Positions 31,333 to 38,550 of a DNA stretch of 64,000 nt are shown piece after piece. The translations under genes were made by a program, and so were the position numbers. The stretch comes from Syntrophales bacterium (lineage in GTDB: Bacteria > Desulfobacterota > Syntrophia > Syntrophales > UBA2210): positions 1,536,001 through 1,600,000 of the forward strand of contig CAXXKT010000001.1 of NCBI GenBank assembly GCA_963662405.2, written 5' to 3'. The notes below the pieces were generated by a model. The model saw only the letters and a program-made list of their open reading frames with translations. It made no database searches and had not been told where the DNA came from. Position 1 is the first letter of the stretch. Every line of letters starts with the position of its first letter.

Positions 31333-31893
31333 ATGGGAGAAGAGTTGACTGAAGACAAGGGGCGGACGGAAGAGAAGAAGGATGATGCCGAGAAGCGGGA
31401 TACCGTTCATCTCAAATCGGCCTCGAAGAAGGATCTGATCGCACGCCTGGAAGAGGCCCAGCGGGAGGGATCCCAACATTACGACCGCTATCTGCGGGCT
31501 GTCGCCGAACTCGATAATTATAAAAAACGGGCGGCACGGGATCGTCAGGACTTTGTCAAGTACGCAAACGAGAATCTTATCAGGGATATCTTGCCGACGG
31601 TGGACAACATGGACAGGGCCCTCGGGCAGGTGGCTGATGCGGCCGATCTCGAGGCGTTTGTGGACGGACTCAGGATGATTCGAGACACCTTTATCTCTGT
31701 CCTCGGTAAACACGGTGCCACGCAGATCGATGCCGTGGGAAAGATCTTCGATCCCAATTTTCATGAGGCGCTCATGCAGGTGGAGGGAAGCGAGGGACAG
31801 GACAACACGGTCGCGGAAGAATTTGAAACGGGATACCTGCTGAACGGGAGACTGCTGCGGCCATCCAAGGTATCCATCGCAAAACATAAATAA
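31333..31893 (+). CDS. grpE: Nucleotide exchange factor GrpE
   Basis: AELDNYKKR, FDPNFHEA, GYLLNGRLLRPSKV. Confidence 0.95.
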   Translation: MGEELTEDKGRTEEKKDDAEKRDTVHLKSASKKDLIARLEEAQREGSQHYDRYLRAVAELDNYKKRAARDRQDFVKYANENLIRDILPTVDNMDRALGQVADAADLEAFVDGLRMIRDTFISVLGKHGATQIDAVGKIFDPNFHEALMQVEGSEGQDNTVAEEFETGYLLNGRLLRPSKVSIAKHK

Positions 31894-31923
31894 CGAATAT
31901 CTTAATCAGGAGGTTTCAATACC

Positions 31924-33841
31924 ATGGGGAAAATTATCGGAATCGATCTGGGGACGACAAACTCGTGTGTCGCCGTCATGGAGGGGAGCGACCCGGTCGT
32001 CATAGCAAATCAGGAGGGGAACCGGACCACACCGTCAGTGGTTGCCTTTACGGAAGGCGGTGAACGACTGGTCGGACAGGCTGCCAAGCGGCAGGCCATT
32101 ACCAATCCGGAAAATACCGTATACGCGGTCAAAAGGTTGATCGGGAGGAGATTTTCGTCGAAGGAGGTACAGTACGATATCACCATCAGCCCTTTCAAGA
32201 TCACGGAGGCGAAGAACGGTGACGCTCAAATAACGGTCAGAGGAAAAGATTACAGTACGCCGGAGATCTCTTCGATGGTTCTGGCGAAGATGAAACAAAC
32301 CGCAGATGATTACCTGGGTGAAAAGGTGACCGATGCGGTGGTCACGGTCCCCGCCTATTTTAACGATTCGCAGCGGCAGGCAACGAAAGATGCCGGGAAG
32401 GTCGCGGGTCTGAACGTGCTGCGCATCATCAACGAACCGACCGCGGCGGCCCTTGCCTATGGCCTCGACAAGAAAACGGACGAAAAGATTGCCGTCTTCG
32501 ATCTGGGTGGCGGAACCTTCGATATCTCCATCCTGGAGCTGGGAGGGGGCGTCTTCGAAGTCAAATCGACCAATGGCGATACCCACCTGGGGGGTGAAGA
32601 TTTTGACCAGAAACTGATCGACTACATCGCGGACGAGTTCAAGAAAGATCAGGGGATCGATCTGAGGACCGACAAGATGGCCCTCCAACGCATCAAAGAG
32701 GCGGCGGAAAAGGCGAAGATGGAACTCTCCACGTCGATGGAGACGGATGTCAACCCTCCCCTTCGTTACGGCGGACGCGTCCGGTCCCAAGCACCTCAAC
32801 ATGAAATTAACCCGGGCCAAGCTGGAGATGCTCGTTTCAGACCTGATCGATAAACTCGATGCCCCCTGTAAGATGGCACTGAAGGACTCGGGTCTGAGTG
32901 CCTCGGACATCGGTGAGGTGATCCTTGTCGGCGGAATGACCCGTATGCCCCGGGTCCAGCAGAAGGTCAAGGAGATCTTCGGGAAGGAACCCCACAAGGG
33001 GGTTAACCCCGATGAGGTGGTCGCCATCGGGGCCGCTATCCAAGGGGGCGTGTTGACCGGCGATGTCAAGGATGTCCTCCTTCTCGACGTGACACCCCTG
33101 TCTCTCGGTATCGAGACCCTGGGGGGCGTCATGACGAAGCTGATCGAGAAGAACGCCACCATCCCGACCAAGAAGAGTCAGGTCTTCTCCACAGCAGCGG
33201 ATAACCAGCCCGCGGTCAGTATCCATGTCCTGCAAGGGGAGCGCTCCATGGCGGCCGACAACAGGACGCTGGGCCGGTTCGAGCTGACCGGAATACCGCC
33301 GGCACCCAGAGGGCTGCCGCAGATCGATGTCACCTTCGATATCGATGCCAACGGTATCGTCCATGTATCGGCCAAGGATCTCGGTACGGGGAAGGAACAG
33401 AGCATCAAGATCACCGCATCGAGCGGCCTCTCCGAGGACGAGATCGACAAGCTGGTCAAGGAGGCCGAGGCCCACGGAGAAGAGGACAAGAAGAAGAAAG
33501 AACTGATCGAGGTGAAGAACCAGGCCGATTCGATGGTATACGGCATCGAAAAGAACCTGAAGGAAATGGGAGACCAGATAGACGCCGATCAGAAAACCCG
33601 GATAGAAGAGGCCATCGCCAAGCTCAAGACGGCCCTGGAGGGGGACGATATCGACGCCATCAAGGCCGCCCAGGAAGAGGCAACCCAGGCTTCGCATAAA
33701 CTGGCGGAGGCCATGTACGCGAAGGCGACCAAAGAACAGGCGGCGGATGCGGGGGGCGCATCGGAAGAAGGCCCCCAGACCGGATCGGCAAAGCCCGACG
33801 ATGACGTTGTGGATGCCGATTTCGAAGAGGTCGACAAATAA
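31924..33841 (+). CDS. dnaK: Chaperone DnaK, interrupted by an apparent +1 frameshift near 32754-32761
   Basis: GIDLGTTNS..; [15 protein letters not shown] continues in a second frame to DADFEEVDK. Confidence 0.95.
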
Positions 33842-33856
33842 CACTTTTCGTTCTTG

Positions 33857-33895
33857 CAATCAATGCCCGGGGGCATGTCCCCCGGGCATTGATTG
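33857..33895. terminator. 17-bp perfect inverted repeat after dnaK
   Basis: CAATCAATGCCCGGGGG-catgt-CCCCCGGGCATTGATTG. Confidence 0.75.
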
Positions 33896-33904
33896 TCTTC
33901 ATCC

Positions 33905-33933
33905 TTGACAGTCATTCGCCTTTTTGTCATAAT
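33905..33933 (+). promoter_or_regulatory. Putative sigma70 promoter (extended -10)
   Basis: TTGACA-N17-CATAAT preceded by TGt. Confidence 0.65.
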
Positions 33934-34082
33934 CCCCTTCGGCGATACGTCACGATTCATATACAATATCCTCATCACATTATCACCTTCTGTCCCTACT
34001 GATTCTTTGTGCTTTGTGAGATTCACCGTCCGCGGGGTCTGAGTCCCATTGAGGAAACTTCCATCGAGGGAGGACCCACACC

Positions 34083-34532
34083 ATGAAGAAGATGATGGAG
34101 ACAGTGATCGACATCGCCATCGACCGGGAGATAGCGGCCGGTGACTTTTACCGGGACCTTGCCGGGAAAGTTGAGGATCGGGCCGTCAGGGACACCCTGA
34201 CCTTTCTTGCGGGGGAGGAACAGAACCACCGGGATTTCCTGATGGGATACCGTGACGGACGTTACGGGTCCGATGCGCTGTGCCTGACCGATACCGTCGA
34301 TTACAAGATAGCCGAGTACCTGGGAGAACCCGACACCAGCGGGGAGATGAAAAGCGCGGATGTGTATCTCGTCGCGACTCATCGGGAGTTCCAGTTATAC
34401 CTCTTCTACCGGGCGCTGGCCGACCTGCATCCGGACGGCGAGATCAGGGAGATGCTCCTTCGGATTGCCGGCGAGGAGATGCGGCACAAGGAGAAGGTGG
34501 GATACCTGTGCAGCAATGTGGCCTTTCCGTAG
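34083..34532 (+). CDS. Ferritin-like/rubrerythrin-domain protein
   Basis: E..FY..LA..EEQNH and E..FY..EEMRH repeats. Confidence 0.8.
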   Translation: MKKMMETVIDIAIDREIAAGDFYRDLAGKVEDRAVRDTLTFLAGEEQNHRDFLMGYRDGRYGSDALCLTDTVDYKIAEYLGEPDTSGEMKSADVYLVATHREFQLYLFYRALADLHPDGEIREMLLRIAGEEMRHKEKVGYLCSNVAFP

Positions 34533-34566
34533 ACGGCGGGAGGCTGAGAGACAAAAGGAGGGATCC

Positions 34567-34941
34567 ATGTTTCATGACCGGTTGTCACGGCAGGCGTGTG
34601 CGGTATTCTTTCTTCTCTTATTGTTGACCCTTGCCCTGTGGCCGACCATGGCCCGCGGCCACGGGCCGAAGGATGTCGTTCTGGCCTACGATCCAGGGTC
34701 CCGGACCCTGCGCGTCACTATTACCCATACCGTATCGAACCCTCAAAAACACTACGTTAAAACAGTCTCCATCGCCAGAAACGGAGAACTCGTCACAAAA
34801 GAAAAGTACACGGACCAACCGGTCCCCTCGTCCTTCTCATACACGTACACTGTCGAAGCAGAACCGGGAGATAGACTCGAGGTCACGGCCGACTGCAACT
34901 ATTTCGGATCGAAAACGGGAGAGTTCACTCTCGGCAGGTAA
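34567..34941 (+). CDS. Secreted superoxide-reductase-like (Ig-fold) metal-binding protein
   Basis: Signal peptide, then H-G-P, H.VSNPQKHYV and CNYFG, resembling the SOR H..H..CNxHG layout. Confidence 0.5.
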   Translation: MFHDRLSRQACAVFFLLLLLTLALWPTMARGHGPKDVVLAYDPGSRTLRVTITHTVSNPQKHYVKTVSIARNGELVTKEKYTDQPVPSSFSYTYTVEAEPGDRLEVTADCNYFGSKTGEFTLGR

Positions 34942-34978
34942 CAAGGTCATTGGAGGAAACGCGCACGGGAGGAGTCCT

Positions 34979-35365
34979 ATGATCTTCATCCATGCAGGGT
35001 GCATGTCTGCGGGTCTTCTGTTGCTGAGTGTCGGGGTTTCCGGAGCCATGATGATGCGAAAAAAGGAATGGTGGCTTCGCGTTCATCGGCGGTGCGGCAC
35101 CGCGGGAGTGGTCGGTGTCCTCCTCGGATTGGCGGTTGCCCTGTACATGGTTTCCGGGCAGACAGGACGGCATTGTGCCGTCCCGCACGCCTGGCTGGGG
35201 ATCATCACGGTTCTTGCCGTGGTGTGCACGTACCTGATCGGAGTGGCGCAGCTCAAGATGAGGGTACCCCGCATGCGACCGCTGCACCGGTGGGTCGGTC
35301 GTGTGACGCTCGCGCTGCTGGTCATCAATGTCCTGTCGGGACTGTCTCTGGTCGGGGTCATGTAG
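34979..35365 (+). CDS. Four-TM cytochrome b561-like membrane protein
   Basis: Four TM helices each with a His (IH, RVHR, PHAW, LHRW). Confidence 0.6.
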   Translation: MIFIHAGCMSAGLLLLSVGVSGAMMMRKKEWWLRVHRRCGTAGVVGVLLGLAVALYMVSGQTGRHCAVPHAWLGIITVLAVVCTYLIGVAQLKMRVPRMRPLHRWVGRVTLALLVINVLSGLSLVGVM

Positions 35366-35457
35366 TTGGGGATCACGGGGAAAAGACTCTTTCAAGGTGG
35401 TGCGGTAAAACGGCAGGAAACCAGGGTTAAAATCGTCACGCAGAGGGAGGGTAAGGT

Positions 35458-35763
35458 ATGAATATCTATCATTTCTGTCTGGGAATCATGGTCTTTCCAC
35501 CGGCCTGTGCCTTCGCCGATGTCGGCGATGGCGGGTGTTGGTCCGGGTGGGGCCGTATGGGACCCGGGTTTGGAGGAATGTTTATGTGGATACTGCTTCT
35601 TGTCGCCGTCGGTCTGATCGCCTACTTTCTGGTGCGGGCGTCAAAAGAGGGGAACATCAGGGGCCCGCATGAGACGCCCCTCGATCTTCTCAAGAAACGA
35701 TACGCCCGGGGTGAGATCACCAAGGAGCAGTACGAAGAGATAAAGCAGGACCTGGAGGAGTGA
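35458..35763 (+). CDS. SHOCT-domain small membrane protein
   Basis: GMG/GGM-rich segment, TM, TPLDLLKKRYARGEITKEQYEE. Confidence 0.85.
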   Translation: MNIYHFCLGIMVFPPACAFADVGDGGCWSGWGRMGPGFGGMFMWILLLVAVGLIAYFLVRASKEGNIRGPHETPLDLLKKRYARGEITKEQYEEIKQDLEE

Positions 35764-35867
35764 CGGTGTAAGCCGTTTCCTGCCGGGGCCCATGGCGCGT
35801 ATCAGTCCCGATGGTTGTTGTTGCGATCGTTTCCCGCAGAAGGAAACGGAAAATGGAGGTGTATCGC

Positions 35868-36089
35868 ATGGCTGAGATACGAGTGGACGTACGGGGAGAG
35901 ACCTGTCCGGTGCCCCTCGTGGAGACCCGCAAGGCGCTCAGGAAGGCCGTGGCGGGGGATACCCTGGAGATCACAGGAACGCATCCCGCTTCCAAGAAGG
36001 AGATACCCATGGCCCTGCAGGCGTTGGGTTTGGACGGGGTCGGGGTGCAGGAAGAGGGGGATGTGTGGACCATCAGGGTTCACGTTTGA
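35868..36089 (+). CDS. tusA: TusA/SirA family sulfur carrier
   Basis: VDVRGETCPVP; RBS GGAGG. Confidence 0.88.
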   Translation: MAEIRVDVRGETCPVPLVETRKALRKAVAGDTLEITGTHPASKKEIPMALQALGLDGVGVQEEGDVWTIRVHV

Positions 36090-36101
36090 AGGAGGGTACC
36101 T

Positions 36102-36521
36102 ATGGCAGATAAGGCAACCATCGTTGTTCACAGCGGGGATATGGACAAGGTGTACAGTGCCCTCATTATTGCCACCGGTGCTTTGTCCATGGGGATGGAG
36201 GCATCCCTCTACTTTACCTTCTGGGGACTCGAACGGCTCATCACGGGGAAACTGGAAGGGGGACGCCTCTCACGGATGCACCTCATGGGGATCGGGAAGT
36301 GGATGGTGCAAAGGCGGATGAAGGCGGCAAACGTGGCCTCCCTGGAACGGCTCCTTCAGGACTTCAAGGAACTGGGGGGGAAGATCATCGCCTGCGAAAT
36401 GACGATGCAGATCATGGGGATCAGACGGGAGGCCCTTCGCCGGGACCTGATCGACGAGTACGGTGCCGTGGGGACCTACGTGCAGGAGGCACGGGAGTCG
36501 AAGATCACCCTCTTCATATAA
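36102..36521 (+). CDS. DsrE2-type sulfurtransferase
   Basis: HSGDMDK, FTFWGL, IIACEMTM, terminal LFI. Confidence 0.85.
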   Translation: MADKATIVVHSGDMDKVYSALIIATGALSMGMEASLYFTFWGLERLITGKLEGGRLSRMHLMGIGKWMVQRRMKAANVASLERLLQDFKELGGKIIACEMTMQIMGIRREALRRDLIDEYGAVGTYVQEARESKITLFI

Positions 36522-36533
36522 GGAGACGTTGCC

Positions 36534-37700
36534 ATGATTGAGAAGACCGTCTATCTCGACAATGCCGCGGCAACCCGGATGGACGAGCGGGTCCTGGAGG
36601 CCATGATACCGTACTTCTTCGAGACCTACCCGGTCGCCACGTCGGAGTTCGGCTATTCCCTCGGTATCGAGGCCCGGGAGGCACTGGAGAGGGCCCGGGA
36701 GGAGATCGCACACCGCCTCGGTGCCGACAGTGAGGAGTTCATCTTTACTTCGGGGAGCACCGAATCGAGTAACCTGGCCCTCAAGGGGGTGGCCCGCGCC
36801 CTCGGCGATAAGAAGGGGAGACATTTGATCATTTCCGCCATCGAGGACTTTCCCGTTCTTTACAGTGCCAGGGCCCTCGAGCGGCAGGGTTTCTCCGTCA
36901 CCTCCCTGGGAGTCGACCACGAGGGAGGTGTCGATCCCGAGAGGGTCCGGGATGCGATCACGGACGAGACTATCCTGGTCTCGATCCAGCACGCGAACCA
37001 GGAGATCGGGACGACCCAGGATATAAGAACCATCGGCCGCATCTGCCGCGAAAGAGGAGTCCTGTTCCACACCGACGCCACACACACCTTCACACGGGTA
37101 CCTCTCGATACCACCCAGGTGCCGGTGGACCTGATAACCCTCTCTCCCCATACGATCCACGGTCCGAAGGGGATCGGCGGCTTGTATATCCGGAAAGGAA
37201 CGCCCATCGCAAAATGGATGGACGGGGGGTTCCAGGAGTTCAATCTCAGGGCCGGTATGGAGAATATCCCGGGAGCTGTCGGTTTCGCGAAGGCGGTCGA
37301 TCTGGTTGTCCCCCGGGAGAACGAACAGATCGAGGCGATGCGGAATCACCTTATCGATCGCGTATCGGCCGAGGTACCGGACACGACCTTGAACGGACAC
37401 CGATCGAAGAGGACCCCGCAGAACGCGAACATCACCTTCCACTTCGTGGAGGGAGAATCAATTACCCTCCACCTCGACATGCGCGGCTTTGCCGTCAGCA
37501 CGGGTTCCGCCTGTTTCAGCCGGTCGCTGGAGGCGAGCCACGTGATCTTGGGGATCGGCGGGGATCATGAACGGGCGCACGGGTCGATTCGCCTCACCGC
37601 CGGTCGGTACAACACCATGGAAGAGATGGACTCGGTCGTAGACACGATCACCGAGGTGGTGGGAGAACTGCGGAAGATCAGCCCTTTGACCAGACAGTAA
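36534..37700 (+). CDS. IscS/NifS-like protein lacking the PLP-binding lysine
   Basis: YLDNAA, FTSGSTES, NQEIGT and STGSAC retained; SPHTIHGPKG in place of S.HK..GPKG. Confidence 0.9.
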   Translation: MIEKTVYLDNAAATRMDERVLEAMIPYFFETYPVATSEFGYSLGIEAREALERAREEIAHRLGADSEEFIFTSGSTESSNLALKGVARALGDKKGRHLIISAIEDFPVLYSARALERQGFSVTSLGVDHEGGVDPERVRDAITDETILVSIQHANQEIGTTQDIRTIGRICRERGVLFHTDATHTFTRVPLDTTQVPVDLITLSPHTIHGPKGIGGLYIRKGTPIAKWMDGGFQEFNLRAGMENIPGAVGFAKAVDLVVPRENEQIEAMRNHLIDRVSAEVPDTTLNGHRSKRTPQNANITFHFVEGESITLHLDMRGFAVSTGSACFSRSLEASHVILGIGGDHERAHGSIRLTAGRYNTMEEMDSVVDTITEVVGELRKISPLTRQ

Positions 37701-37712
37701 GGAGGATCAACC

Positions 37713-38348
37713 ATGACTTTTCCATACAGCGACACGGTGTTGGAACACTTTCGTCACCCCCGCAACGTGGGGAAACTCGAAAACCCCGACGGAAATGCCT
37801 TGGAAGGGAGTCCGGCCTGTGGGGACATGGTGGGGGTCCAGATACAGGTCGATCCCGACACGAAGCAAATTACGGATATCAAATTCGAATCCTACGGCTG
37901 TGCCTCCAACATAGCAACGGGTTCCATCATTACCGAACTGGCAAAGGGGAAAACACTCGACGAGGCCAAGAAAATCACGTGGAAGGAGGCGTCGGAGGCC
38001 CTGGGGGGATTGCCCCCGATCAAGGCCCACTGCTCGGTCCTCGCCGTCGAGGGACTCCGCTCGGCGATCCGGAACTATGAGGAACGTCACGGCCTGATTA
38101 CGGATCAAGAACCCACTACCGTGGAGGGTGTCCGCAGGCGCCTCCAGAAGGTGATGAATCCCCTCTCGGGGCTCGATCTGGTTCGAACGGAACTGGTCAA
38201 AGAGATCTCGGTCGATCAGGGGATCGTCCGTGTGACGGTGGATATCCCCGCCGGCCATCAGTTCGCCCCTAATATCAGAGACGAGATCGTGGAGAAGATA
38301 CAGCCCCTCTGGGACGTGGAACGGGTGGAGGTCCTCTTCACGGAGTAA
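37713..38348 (+). CDS. iscU: IscU/NifU-N scaffold fused to a C-terminal DUF59 (SufT/MIP18)-like domain
   Basis: HFRHPRNVG, GSPACGD, YGCAS, LPPIKAHCS; C-terminal LQKVMNP..LDLV..LVKEI..VRVTV. Confidence 0.85.
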   Translation: MTFPYSDTVLEHFRHPRNVGKLENPDGNALEGSPACGDMVGVQIQVDPDTKQITDIKFESYGCASNIATGSIITELAKGKTLDEAKKITWKEASEALGGLPPIKAHCSVLAVEGLRSAIRNYEERHGLITDQEPTTVEGVRRRLQKVMNPLSGLDLVRTELVKEISVDQGIVRVTVDIPAGHQFAPNIRDEIVEKIQPLWDVERVEVLFTE

Positions 38349-38550
38349 CTGGGAACCGCACAAGCAGAACTACTTGCGACCCATCTCGTGGCGCAGGGTG
38401 ATCTCCGAGGGTGCGCCTGTACGTTGTTCCATTATATCCCGCCAAAGGATCCGCAATCAACCGCATTATTGAGATGATATCTGGGGGCTCGAATGAATAA
38501 AAATTCAAGTTTGGGGGGGTGGTGCCGATATATGAGGAAGGACAGGTACT

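Noticed and set aside
34530..34532. Pyrrolysine read-through at TAG
   Set aside because: No pyl genes or methylamine methyltransferase context; a point mutation or genuine stop is simpler
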